A stretch of 64,000 bases of DNA, taken from contig CM060733.1 in NCBI GenBank assembly GCA_030704615.1, positions 1,426,001 through 1,490,000 of the forward strand, read 5' to 3'. A program made the position numbers and the translations under genes. The stretch comes from Takakia lepidozioides. Its lineage: Eukaryota > Plantae > Bryophyta. Under the pieces are notes generated by a model. The model made no database searches and was not told the DNA's origin. It was given only the letters and a program-made list of their open reading frames with translations. Below, piece after piece: positions 29,210 to 42,433 of the stretch (within the stretch, counting starts at the first letter, position 1; the number at the start of each line of letters is the position of its first letter).

Positions 29210-30104
29210 GGTTATCATACAATCTGTCACGATGAGATGTCGCCGGGAGCTGGCAAGCTACTTGAAAGCCTCGGGATGCGGATTATCAGACCTGGAACTG
29301 TGTCAACAGCCTATATCTGACAAAGGGGGATTGCCCAGGACAAGGTGGGTTTCAAATACTTCGTTTTTATGCCTTCTCTGTTGAAGTTCCACTGTACTGA
29401 CTGTTATGAAGTCATGTTATTCGCACTGCCTGAATTGAGTGCTTCAGCGCACTCAGTTATGGCGGTGCATGAGCAATGACTCTGAACTAGTTCCATCCAG
29501 AATGGGTCTGCACTCCCACCCATATGTGCTATGAAACATTCCTCACTAATTATTGTCCTCTTCATCGCAGACCCGTCTATTTGAGGCCGTCTGTCTCTGA
29601 GGGTACATCCATTGTCGACTCCCACCATAGTGGTGGAGTTCGAGCTTCATGGGGATGATGTTTCATAAACGAGAGGTTCGATCTTGTCGTCGAGACGACA
29701 TGCACTACAACTATGTCGACTCCAACGTATGTTTGCGAAAGCCAAATGGAACGCCTTGGAGAGGGGCTCGTGAAAAAAGCCCGGCTTTTATCCAAACGAT
29801 CATTGAGAGTTGTTCTCGGCCAGGGGCCCGCATCATAGATCTCACTCTCGGCACATGTTTCTCTTCTTGCCTTTGTCATCGATTTCTTTCTTCTGCACCT
29901 TCTTTACTCAATATTCTAAAACTCTAATTCCTTCAATTTGTCTCTTGCAGGCGCTTCTTACCATGCTTGCAAGGCAGATGGCAGGCACTTGTTTGGTATG
30001 GAAGGAGATGCAGATATTTTCACTGGCCTCCTCGCCGAGTTGCAAGGGGGCGCGTCTACCTCCAATGTCAAGGATGTCACTGCGCAAATTGATATCCTCG
30101 ACGG
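29210..30104 (+). pseudogene. Intron-containing N4-C/N6-A DNA methyltransferase-like gene fragment; split by element B, C-terminus at 43496-43535
   Basis: EKSPAFIQTIIESCSRPGARIIDLTLGT[C]ASYHACKADGRHLFGMEGD after removing a GT-AG intron (29857-29950). Resembles the C-terminal SAM-binding half of beta-class amino-MTases. Confidence 0.6.
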
Positions 30105-31083
30105 TGTCGCGCGGCTTTTACTCACCCATCCCTTCGCTATCCGAGGCGGAAACTCCAAGATAAAAAGTGGAAATCTCTAAGTACTCAGCCCGCGCAGAAC
30201 AATCAGTCATGACCTACAGCTAGTGTATCATGGGTGTTTCCTATTTGTTTCCCTTTCCGCATTCATCTTAGCTACCTTACCATTGATAATTAAGTATCAG
30301 TTTGCTTCATCAATCTATCGGTTTCCTTCACTCATCCATTCAATCCACAGCTTCACTCAGATCTCTCTACACAGTGTGATTGTATCGTATAAGTATCAGA
30401 TTATGATTTATCAGGTATCAGGCCGAAGCCATTATGTCTCTAATCTGCTCTACAATATCACTACAGCTTTGCATATAACAAGCATCTACTAATCCTCTTT
30501 CCTCCTTCACCGTGCTCTCCATCTTTTGCTTCCGATCTCCGCTCCAGCCTGACTAAGAAGTCCTCTCCGAATAATGATCCTCATTCCCCCGTTTCTCCCT
30601 TTATCTTCCTCTCCGCGGTTCTAACCGTTTCCCTCGCTAACCATTGTCTGTGAACTAAAATGTTCCCTTCGCAGGTGTTGTTCCCCACAGTCGTTCCCTG
30701 TCCTACTCTTCGTTCCCTATGATGTGACCGCTGTGTCAAGCTGTGACTGGCTGTGTGAAACTGTGACGGGCTGTGACTGGCTGTGCGACTGTGTTTGGCT
30801 GTGTCGGGCTGTGACTGGCTGTGTGGCTGTGTGGCTGTATCGGCTGTGGTGCTGCTGTGACGACTGTGACGGGCTGTGTTGGCTGTGTTGGCTGTGACGA
30901 TTGTGACGGGCTGTGTTGGCTGTGTCTGCTGTTGATGACTGTGACGGGCTGTGACGACTGTGTAACCCCCCTCTACAGTGCGCTGCTGTCACCCCTAAGC
31001 TCCTGTTGGTCTCAGTCTGTGCAAAAATTAAGGGTACCCTACAGATCCCGTATAAGTGTCTAAGTCCCTACAGTCCTCTAACA
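30105..31083 (-). repeat. Element B 3' LTR
   Basis: Matches 42434-43490 except for small indels and minisatellite copy number; PPT adjacent at ~31087-31099. Confidence 0.95.
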
Positions 31084-31099
31084 TTACCCCTTCCCCCTC

Positions 31100-34000
31100 A
31101 AAAACCCGTGTCCTCACGGTTTACTGTTTCCGAGTAGCAAACCTTTGTGAGTGAGCACCTTGTTGACGTTGAGAGTTTCGTGGCGGACTGTGTGTACGAG
31201 CCCGAGGTCTGTCTTTGGTTGACGGAGATGTTGATCACTACCTGGATAAGTGAGGCCCTCTGGAGGCTGATATCGAGGTAACCTTTCCGGCATAGGAGAC
31301 CCCCGTCGCTTCTTTTCTGCCATCTAAATTGCATAGTTTCTCCCATGTCAAAAGAATTCTGTGAAGAAACAGTTGTATCAGAATCCTCATCACCTCTCAG
31401 ATGTTTTAATTTTCGAACCTTTTGTGGAATCATCTGGGGCATACAATGCTGTCCTACCATGTCTGGAAGTTTGCATTTTACAACTGGTGTAACCGCTGAA
31501 CAACAAAATTGGTGTAGACACTGAGCTCCTTGTCTGTCCAGGAGTGGGGTGGGTACCAATTACTGGGTGCAGCGTGCAAGTACTTCCTGCCACATGTCCC
31601 TTATAGAAAATGTCATCAAGTCCGAATTTCTGTGTTGACAAATGGTTGCAGGCTGCTTGAAACCGTGAACGAATTTGAGAATCCTTTTGCATCATAACTT
31701 TTGGGTCATATAGGTACATATGAGGTGGCACCGAAGGTAATACCCAATGATCTCCACTGGAATAACTTTGAAAGCGTGTTTGCATCTTTTGTTGCTCAAT
31801 GTGTAACGTACCAGAAAACAAGCAGCGTTATAGCCCGCACCCATGACAATACTTGCTATCTCCTTGGTCTTGGTATAAATGAGTCCATGTACAACCTGGA
31901 AAGCAACCAATTCTCAACATGGCACCTGCCTCGTGCCAGTATTGTGCAAAGTGATGATCTTCAATATGTCGATTGTTTGGAAGAACTTTAGTCCTAGTTG
32001 CCACTGGCAGCCAAATACGCATGATTTGGTAGTAATGTGCGAATGACTGCGGAGGACTAAATTCTTTCCAAGCCAAATCCAACATGATGGGAATTTGGTT
32101 GAAGGCATAATAGCCCTGCTTGTACTCCCTTGCAGCTGGAGTTTTAGGTGGGTTAAAAGCGGCATTGCCCCATACCTCCGGCTGTGGTGGCTGTGGTGTG
32201 GTTGTAGTAACCACAGGTTCAGCTACTGGTACACTGACCTGTTGTGGTGGTGGTGGGTACTGGCTCCTGTATCATTGGCATCTCCTGCACCTCCTGTGAA
32301 GACTGAAAAGCCAAAGTTCTGGCTTGTAAATAAGAAGCCATTAGCTGTTCCTGAGGGATATAGACTCTTTGGTCGATGTTTGAAGTGAGGTCTTCCACTT
32401 GAGTCTGGAGTCCGTCTACATCCTCTTGTAATTCTGCTATCCTACTATAGACATTGTCTATAGTAGTTGTGGCAATGTTCTGCACCTGCAGCCTGAGCTC
32501 ATTCATCTCGCTTTGGGTGAGCTTCCGTGGGGCTTTGCCCTCTACTGGCCCTTGTACTAACCAGACCTGCATAAGGCTGTTATCCACCAAGCTGCTTGTG
32601 GTTCCCCTGAGAGTTTGCTCCTCTCTTAGCTTGTACAATTCCAACTGCTGTTGTAAAGCCTCCATGCGCTTCGCCTGTGGCTCAACCAATTGCGCATAAG
32701 CAGCAAGTAGATTATTGGCTTCCTTCCAAGCCTTGTTACTGACCGCGATTTCATTTCTATTGGCCATGATGGTTTGTTGCAACTCCACGATGTGTTTCTC
32801 TTGATCAGCTTTCTGCCTGTATTGCTTGAAAGTATCTTCATTGCGACAGATTGTATTCTTCATATCGACAATGAGCTTCATTTGCTCAACATTCTCTTCT
32901 TCTGCCTTCGTACATTTTTCCGCTTGACTGTTTATTTCTTTTTTGTTGATTGGTCAAGCATAGTTGTAAATGTAGCACATTGTATCGCCATCCTGTTATG
33001 CACTGTCTGCAACTCCGTATGTAGTGCATTCAGTTCTTGCAACTTGCTTTCATGCTGCACCTGCATTTGGTATAGCTGTTGCTTATGTGCTTCGTGCAAT
33101 TGGTCTTGCGCGAGGCCTGCCTCAATCAATTGTTGCTTGGCCAATTGCAAAGCCATTTCTGTATTGCCCAAGTCCTGCTTCATCTTGAGAGTGACCTCTT
33201 CATCGACCTTGTTTGCACACTCAGTGGCAAGTCGAGCCTCAAACTCCTTCCTGAGTTCCTCTTTCAAGGCTGTCAATGGGTAATTGGAACATGGGATTTG
33301 ACATAAGTCCCCAACAAATTAAGTGTCCTGCCTATGGAACTCTCAGCATTGCCTGTTGAGGGTCATCATGGTGAGGTTGCTGCTGTTCCTCCTGATCTTC
33401 AACAGTATGATGTCTCACTAACCATTCAGGCCATTTGTCCCACCGGATTTTCTTCCTGAACTACTTCATCTATCATCGGTGCTACAGTGTCATGACCTTC
33501 CGCCTGTGGTACCTCCGACACAGGTGTGTGTTATTATATGCACCTCAGGATTTCCCTTGGGCAACTGTTGCACCTCTGGGGATTTCTGTCTCCTTGACCA
33601 GACCAAGAATATTCATAGAGAAGGTCCCCTTCTCTATTTCTGCCACTATCTGTTCTGTAGTTGGAATATCTATCCCTTCACTTTCCAAATCAATTATTTC
33701 GGGTTGAGCTGCATGGATAACTTGTGACCTTGTGACAAGTCGTTCAAGTGGCTGTGATGGTTGTGATGCAAAAGTAACTTCCTCCTCCCTCTCTGAAGGT
33801 CCTGCTTCCAGTATAGCATTTGTCTGTGCTGCTGTGCCCCTTCCTGGCCATGAGCTTTGGGAAACATTATCATGCGGAATCCGTGAAGCCAGTGGATCCG
33901 CCACTACAATCTTTCCCCCTTCTCTGCCTCTTAGTCTCGGGTTGTGCTGCTAGTCCACCCTCACTGTGTGAAGAGCCTTGCTCTTCCATTGCAGTTGTTT

Positions 34001-35209
34001 CTGGCTCAAACACTCCATTTCCTTCCTTTCTTGTGCATTAAGTATGCCAGAATTAAGGATTATTTGAGCAATGATTGGGCCAGACACTATGATAGGAGAC
34101 TTTTGCGGTAGTACCTTGTAATCTTTTCATCTCCTCTACCAGTGCGTTGTACATTATGTCCGCCCATTGTACCTCTTGTCCCTTCAGGCCTTTGAGTATT
34201 TCCTCTGTGAAGGATCTGCTCAAATATTGTTGGTTCTGTTTCAGGGCAATCAGAACGTTCAATACCTGGCCTATCTCTTAACCCTGGGTACACAGCTTTG
34301 GTACAAGCATAACCCTGAGTTTTAAAGAAACTCCTTCTTGGAATAAGTCCCCTATTTGCAGTCTTGCCTGTGTTCCTCCACATGCACCTGACCTGCTGGC
34401 AATCGAAACAATTGCTGGAGGTATAGGGGAGTAATCATTAATTCAACTCCCTTCACCGTTGTTGTTCCTGTCCTTGGCTCAAAGTTCTGCAAAAATTGTA
34501 ACATGTACTGTCTATGGTGTAGTGTCCAATCTAGGCTTTGCAATCCTTCCAATCTCAGCTCCTCCAGTATCTTTATCGCCTGTGGGGTAGCCATCGTTTG
34601 TTTCTGCAGAATTGTGGTGCTCTTCACCCTGATTTCCTCCATTCCTCTCACTCTCTTCATTTTAGACTCACAGAACTGCTTTGGCTGTAACAACTGCAGG
34701 AATGCCTGTAGTGCACAAAGCATAAACGTATGGTTGCCGCAGAAAGCTATGGGTAATTTCTTGTAAGCCTGCGGGGCTTGCAAGCATTGCTCAAGAGAAA
34801 AGCTCTGCTCTGTCCTTTCGTGTCTATGCCACTGCGTAAGTAATATTGCGAGCGTATAGTCTGTTAGTTCCTCCATAGTTTCCAAGTTATAGCATTTATG
34901 GCCTGTCCTGTCGAGACGCCCGTTACTCAGAACGACGCCGCCTCTTGCGCTCAATTTCCCTCCATTTTCTTGATCCTTTCTCTGGTTTTCTATTGGCTGT
35001 ATCCGCTGTGACTGGATTTTAAATTTTATCTTCTTTAGTGGACTTTCCCTCTTGGATAGTCCACTAGGATCACACATGTGACAAGAATTCGGCTTTTCTG
35101 TACTTGCCGTTCGTTCCGTTTCCCTTTTTCCGTACTCATTAATGGGCCCGCTTTCATCCCTTTTGACGGCCGTTCTTGTCTTCTTTCTTTTTGACACCTG
35201 TCCTTGCAC
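31100..35209 (-). CDS. Element B accessory ORF region 3' of pol (frameshifted; coiled-coil rich)
   Basis: Consecutive same-strand ORFs 35209-34352, 34262-34053, 33904-33545, 33276-32932, 32881-32219, 32214-31828 and 31910-31692; Q/E/L heptad-like stretches. Confidence 0.6.
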
Positions 35210-35339
35210 TTCATTGTCTGCTGTGTGTCGCCCCTGACCTCCACGTGTCTATTTTTAAAGTAATTTCCGTTTCCTCTTCCGTCATCCATTTTCCTGAAGT
35301 TACTGTGTGGAGGTGACAGGTTGGGTCATACTGTGTTAC

Positions 35340-35700
35340 GCTGTGATAGTCTGTGATGCACTGTGGAGCTGTGATAGGCTGTGACAAGCTGTGGTAGGTT
35401 GTGATAGGCTGTGTTGCGCCTTGCGGGGCTGTGATAGGTTGTGTCACATCGTGAGGGGCTGTGATAGGCTGTGTCACTCGTGGGCTGTGATAGGCTGTGT
35501 TGCGCTGCTGGGCTGTGATAGGTTGTGTCACGTCGTGATGGGCTGTGATAGGCTGTGTTGCGCCTTGCTGTGGTGATAGGTGTGTTTTCACGTGTGATGG
35601 GCTGTGATAGGCTGTGTTGCGCCTTGATGGGCTGTGATAGGCTGTGTCACGTTGTTGGCCTGGTCATATGTTGCTGGGGGGTGATAGGCTGTTACTTTCT
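35340..35700. repeat. GGCTGTGATAGGCTGTGT minisatellite between pol and the accessory ORFs of element B
   Basis: Directly visible degenerate repeats. Confidence 0.85.
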
Positions 35701-38700
35701 GGGTGTCACCCTGGTCATATATGCTGGGCTAGCGACAAGTGTTCCATACTCCGTTCGTAACACTGGTGCAGCCCGTGACTGTTCTTGCGGTTGTATATGC
35801 AAATCATGCTGCAGGGGTTTGTCATGGATACCACTGTACCCCTTCAACTTATTTGCATTGACTCTTCCCAGCATTTCTTTGTTAATGGTTTGTAACATGG
35901 CGGTGTTGTTATCATACATCTTTTGTATGACATAAGGTCCTTTCCACGGTGATTTAAGCTTAGAAGCTTGAATCTTTCATTTCTTCTGCAACCATAGAAC
36001 CAAATCCCCCGTCTTAAAAGTCTTTATCTTGCCTTCATCAAAATGTTCCTTTCGCTTCATCTGAATTCTGGTCATATTATCAGCTGCATCAGCACGTACT
36101 TCTTCCACATGGTATAATTCAAGTTTCCTGACCTTGATGGAGTCTTGCAATTCCATTCTTTTTCCCCACTCCGTTCTCATGGTAGGTAACAGGAATTCCA
36201 CTGGAAGTAGGCTTCCATGCCATAAACTAATTGGAATGGTGTATACTTAGTGGTGACTTTATATGAGGTCCTGTATGACCACAAAGCTGTCAGCAGCTTT
36301 GTATCCCAATCCGTTCTGTTTGCATTGACTATCTTAGCCAAGATAGTACATAGTATTTTGTTGGTAGCCTCTGCCTGCCCATTACCCTGTGGGTAATATG
36401 TTGTACTCTTTCTATGCACAATCATAAACTCTTTAGTCAACAACTCAATGGTCTCATTCATGAAGTGACTTCCTTGATCACTGATAAATTCTAAGGGACA
36501 GCCAAATCGTGTAAGTATGTTCTCGTACAGGAACCTTGCTGTGGACTTGGCTGTGTTGTCCCTCAAAGCTTTAGCTTCCACCCACTTTGTAGTATAATCA
36601 GTGGCTGTAATTATGTACCTGTTTCGTGTATTCTTGGATGGTGGGTTAATTGGTCCAACAAAGTCTAGTCCCCATTTCTGAAATGGTTCCGTAGGCATTG
36701 TAGGATGCAAGGCCATCCTTCCAGATCTCTGCAAAGGTCCTAGCCTCTGACATTCATCACACTTCTGACAATACTCGTGTACATCTTTGAACAAAGTAGG
36801 CCACCAGTATCCTGCGAGTAGTATCTTTCTACTGGTAGTCTCTTCTCCAAAATGACCTCCAGCCACTCCTTTATGAACTTCCGCCAAAACTTTATTTACT
36901 TCATGGTGGTACAAGCATCGTTTTAGTACTCCATCAGGTCCTAACTTATACATTCTGCTTCCTACCATAGTATAAGGTAAAGCTTTGATAGCGATTCTCT
37001 TCCTCTGCTCCTTACCATAACTAGGTGGGCACTGACCATGAGCAAGGTAGTATCTGATTGGCCACTGCCAATCTAACCATTCATCTGCACTTCCTTGCAC
37101 CTCCATTACAAATAAACTCGCATCAGGTAACTGATCGTCCACTCCTGTGGCGGCCTCTCCTGTTGTTAGTCGTGACAAATGATCTGCCACAAGATGCAAA
37201 CGGCCAGGCTTGTAAATAACCTCGAACTCAAACTCATGCAAGATTATTAACCACCTCGCTATCCTTCCACTTATCAAAGGTTTGTTCACCAGATATATCA
37301 GAGCCTGGTGATCCACATAAAACATAAACTTTCTTCCCAATAGGTAATGCCTGAATTTTTGACTGCATAAATCATTGCCAATGCTTCTCTTTCCGTTGTG
37401 CTATAGTTCCTCTCAGCACTGTTCATCAACCGGCTAGCATAGTACACAGGTGAATCTATATTCCCTGTAACATTCTGGGCTAACACCGCTCCCAACGCTT
37501 CTCCTGATGCATCGCAGTGAACATGGAATACTACATGCCAGTGAGGGTTTATCAGCACAGGTGTAGTTGTTACTGACAGTGTAAGTTCCTCAAATGCCTG
37601 TTGACATTCCGTTGTCCAGGCAAACACTGCATCTTTCTTCAATAGTTTGCTCAATGGTGCTGCTATTTGTGCATACCTTTTGACAAATCTCCTGTAATAA
37701 CTGGTTTGCCCAAGGAATCTCCGTAGACTTTTAACATTCACTGGTGGTGGAGATGCTTTAATGGACTCCGTCTTTCTGGGATCCACAAGGAGTCCCTTCT
37801 TACACACAATGTGTCCCAGAAGCACCCCTGAGTTCACACAGAAAGTACACTTCTCTGGATTCAGGCCCAGACCTCTCATCCTGCATCTGGCCAAACATAA
37901 CTCCAATTTATGCAAGTGTTCACTCTTAGAGCTGTACACACTGAAATCATCCAAGAATACCTGCATGAAATCATCCAGATACTCATGAAAAGATTCACTT
38001 ATCACTCTCTGAAAGGTCGCTGGTGCATTACAAAGTCCAAAGGGCATGACTTTGTATGCATAAGCCCCCCAGTCTGTGATGAAAGCTGTTTTCCCTTGGT
38101 CTTCTTCTGCCACTTGCACTTGATTATAACCACTGAAGCCATCCATGAATGAGTACATCTCATGGCCTGCCACAGTGTCTAATACTGCTTCTATGAATGG
38201 CAAAGGGAAAGGATCTTTCTTCGTACAAGCATTCAGCTTCTTATAGTTCACACATACTCTTAGTTTGCCATTCTTCTTGGGAACTATAACAATGGGTGAC
38301 AACCAAGTTGTATACTCTATTGGGTATATAAACTTAGCCTCAGCCAACTTCTTTATCTCTTCTCCAACCTTCTGTGCGTAGTTGGGATTCATTCTATACC
38401 TCGCCTGCTTGATTGGTACTGACCCTGGTTCCAGTTCAATCTTATGCTGACAGACTTCAGGTGGTATCCCTTTTAGATCCTCATAGCTCCAAGCAAATAC
38501 ATCTCTGTATTTGATGAACAAGCTTTTAGCTTCTTCGAAGAATTCCGGCTCCAAATCAGCTCCTACTTTCACCATCCTCGGTTCCTCCTGAGTTCCCACA
38601 TTTACTTCTCTCACCTGCTCATCAGCTGTGATTGTCCAACCAGTCACCACTTCATCCTGTAAGCTCACAGTGGCTGGTTCTTCTAGGATTTCTATTTCTC

Positions 38701-41700
38701 CTTCTCTCTCTTCATAGAAATGTAATGGGTAAATGCTAGTTTCCTCTTCAGTTGGTGTTGCTGTCACTACACCACAGCAGATACCTCTCAAACAACTTAG
38801 GCTTTCCAGCCGCATCTCTGCAACCTGCTCCCACTCTGGGTGTGCAGCAAATAGGGTAGCTTCCTGCTCCTCATCCAGTCCTCCTCTCCAGTCATACTCT
38901 CTGACTCCTCGAGGTCTTCTTGTAGCAGGTAATCTACTAGATTTCTTTGTGGTAATTTGTATCTCGTGTATCCCATTATGCACGGTTAGTAACTGAGAAT
39001 TCCAGTCATGGAATACCCTGGCCTGTTTCAGCCACGGACGTCCCAATAATAAGGAGTAAGCCTCCATGACTTCATCCATTTTTAATACAGTTACTGTGAT
39101 CATAAAGATCATTTTCTGTATCTGTATCTTAACTCCTCTTATTAATCCCAATGGCTGCACACTTCTTTGATCTGCCATTGTTACTGTAAATGGGGCTGGT
39201 TTCATGTTACTTAGACCAAGCTTCTTTCTTAATTGGTCTGTCATGATATTTACTCCAGAACCACCATCTATCAGTACATCAGTTAGTTCTGTGCTTCCAA
39301 TTCTCAATTGGATTACTGGCATAGAATCATCAAAGTCCATGACTGGTTCTCGCCCTTCTGGCTTCACATTATAACTGGTCACCTTGCTGTTCAGGTCTGT
39401 GTTTCCTGTCTCTTGGGCAATTCGATTGATTGCTTGATACAGCCTGTGCCTACAATAAGGTGCCACAGCTAATAGCTGTCCAATGGTAATTTCTGCTTTG
39501 GTCTGACATATTACTGCAGCCAAAGTCTCTTCATTACTTTGCATGTCTGCATCTTCTTTTTCCTTTCTTCCTCACTCCCTTCTTTTTCTCCATCCGAATC
39601 AGAGGAATTAGGAATATCAGTACTCTTTTGCATTTCCCTTATAGTATCTGCCACTTCCTTGTGCAGTTCCTTCTCATCTTTCCAAGTCTCTTCATCTTCA
39701 GGCATATCATTGCCACTTCCAGTCTCATCTTCTTCCTCTTCTACTGGAGGTATTAGTTTGGCTTTACTTCTTGTTACTATCATTGTACTTACTTCTGGTA
39801 CAACACATGGCCTAACCATGTGAGCTGCCACCACTGGGCCCTCATTCACATGAGCTCTCATCTCATTCTGGTGTCTTATCCAGAATGAACAGGCTGCCTT
39901 GCGATGTCCTGGCTGATTACAATAGTAACATAGCTCTTCACCATTGGGTCCTCGCCCTTGGTCTGTTCTTGGATTATTTCTATAATCCTGATTCCCGGGC
40001 TGGTAATTCCCCTTGGATTACCCTGATAGTTGCCTCTGGAATTTCCTTGGTAATTCCCTCTTGAATTACCTCTCCCTTCCATGCCATTGTTATAACCACC
40101 AGACCTACCATAGTGGTCCTGATCATTGTTTCTTCTTGGCTGGGGCTGCACCTGATGCACCCTTACTTGCCTAGGTTCTCTTGCAGCTGTCCTTCTGTTG
40201 TAGTAACAATTCTCAGTAGAATGGTTATCCATTTTACAGATAGTACAGTGTTTCTCCTTCATGTGCATTCTGTGGTGGTATGGCCTTCATTCTGGCACTT
40301 TGCACACCATACACCCTTCCTCCAATGTGTTGCAGCCTCTGTGGCATACTTCTTCAAGATTTCTTCCAATTTTTTTTCATAGTTATCCCTCTTCAACTTC
40401 TCCTTTCTCTTACTCTTTCTTTTTAGTTCTTGCTCTTCTTCTTCATCTGACTCATCCTCAGAGTCCTCATCTTCTTTTTTCTCTCTCCTGAGCATTCCCA
40501 ATTGCTCAATTCTGTTCGCAGTTTCAAATGCCTCCTCCACTGTATTGTGGGGTAACATATCCACTTTCTTTTGCAACTCTGGTCTTAGTCCACTCACAAA
40601 CCAAGTCTTCTGTAAACCGGGTGCTGGTACTGCAGCCAGCTTTTTCATCATCAATTCCATCTTCTCCATATACTCTTCAACAGTTTCATGCTTCTTCTGC
40701 TTCAGCTGTTGTAAACTTCCATACACTTCATCCTCAGTTTTACTTGTCCTGAACCTATTTCGAAATGCTGTATTCAAGCCATTCCAGGTTAGGAAATGAT
40801 TATCAGGAAATCTTGCATACCATTCACTTGCTTTCTTGATAAGTGAACAAGGAAACAGTCTCATCTTGGCATCATCGCCATTCTCATTGTTCACTATACA
40901 CATGTGCTCAAATTGGCTAATGTGTACATCGGAATCCCCTTTTCCTGAATATATTGGAAAGGGTGGTTTTGCCCGTGTTGGTTGTAACGCCATCTGTGGC
41001 CCTACCTTCTGCCCACTGACAGGTGCTGGCACCCTTGCTGGTGCTGGTCCTTCTGGACCTGTTGTTTTTGTGGTGGATCTTCCACCAAGTGGTGGCCCTT
41101 GAGCACTCCTTGCTTCTGGCCCCACGATATTCACAGTATTCCCAGCTTCAGTTGCACTACTTCCCACACTCCCTGTCCCCCCAGAGCCAGATCCAGGCAG
41201 CCCGCCTGATCCCCCTGAGCCGACACCTTTGTTGGCCTGTGATCCAAGTGCTCCACTTGATCCAGGTCCAACGGGTTGGGATGTCCTGGTTGTAGTCTCA
41301 ACCTCAGCTGTTGGGTCTACTTCTTCATATTCTTCCTCTTCTAATTTCTTCTCTCTGTTTTCATCCTCCAAGTTCTGCCCTTGGGTTTCTTCTTCACTCA
41401 TGTAACTCAACTGTAATGGTGTTGGAGAGTCTGAACTCTCCGTTGGCTCTGCCACATCCTCTTCTCCTTCTTCATCTTCTGCTTCAGAAACTGGAGTTCC
41501 TGCTTTTGGTGTTCCATGCCAACTCTTATCAAAGATTTCTGTCAAGTCTTTTATCCAAGGATGTACCTCAGATCTTTCACCTCGTGATTGATCTTCTTCC
41601 TGTACCAATTCCCTTAATCTTTCTTGCAAAGAAACAGAAGGAGTGGCATCCAACTCTAGTTCTTCCGGTATAGGTGATGCACTCTTTGATCTTGATGGTG

Positions 41701-41824
41701 TGAGGGGTCCAGATGATTCCCCTATGTCTATTCCTCTCTCCCAAAGATATGGATAATTAGCTTTCAGATAGCTTTCTCTTTTTGCTGAATATCTCTGTCG
41801 TCTAGCTTCTCTTTCATCACTCAT
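35692..41824 (-). CDS. Element B Gag-Pol polyprotein (several small frameshifts)
   Basis: Gag 41824-40259 with CCHC knuckles; protease LIDGGSGVN; RT VFLDDF; RNase H CDASG..TTEREALA; integrase HHCC, GLDFVGP, SDQG, GQAEATN; WKGPY at ~35940. Confidence 0.93.
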
Positions 41825-41845
41825 GTCCCATGTCTTTCATTTCTT

Positions 41846-42400
41846 TTAATGTGGCAATAACCAAAACTCTCTTCTGTAATATCTCTCGTATATGCCTGGG
41901 TTTCTTTCAAGCTTCAATGCACCCTTGGCTATACTTGAAGTCTCCGTTACCATATAACCATATGGCAAACAAGTCTGAAAAGCTGTTCTTGGTGTGAGTT
42001 TGATCCACAAAATATCCTTTGGAATCCAATTCTTTACCAGTACAAGCTCTTCATGCATATGAGTATAAACATTCACCTTTCTTTCTTCCCAGCCTTCAAA
42101 CTCTACTCGTTTAATGGATAGCAATGCTATCACATAAACCAATGTTGGTAACCAACGTGCTCTTCCTCTACAGGCTACCTGATAAATCTTTATCACTCCT
42201 TTCTCCAGACCCCATTCTGGATCAGCATCATGCACTCGTTTAAGAATATTTTCTTTACAACCGTCTGACAATTCCAAGAACCTTTGAAAGAATTGTTTGG
42301 ACAATCTTTCTTCCTTCGTTCCACAGGGAATTTGATTCACTTCAAATTCTTTAATGGTCCAACCACCATGATCCCACCAGATGCCTGTCACATCTGGTTG
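41846..42400 (-). CDS. Element B short ORF upstream of gag, unknown function
   Basis: Open frame of ~180 codons between the PBS and the gag start. Confidence 0.4.
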   Translation of the reverse strand, partial: QPDVTGIWWDHGGWTIKEFEVNQIPCGTKEERLSKQFFQRFLELSDGCKENILKRVHDADPEWGLEKGVIKIYQVACRGRARWLPTLVYVIALLSIKRVEFEGWEERKVNVYTHMHEELVLVKNWIPKDILWIKLTPRTAFQTCLPYGYMVTETSSIAKGALKLERNPGIYERYYRREFWLLPH

Positions 42401-42420
42401 TTCATGTCCCAGCTCCCCAG

Positions 42421-42431
42421 TATGGTCGCCA
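42421..42431 (-). promoter_or_regulatory. Element B primer-binding site (tRNA-Arg type)
   Basis: TGGCGACCATA, 2 nt downstream of the 5' LTR. Confidence 0.75.
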
Positions 42432-42433
42432 AA

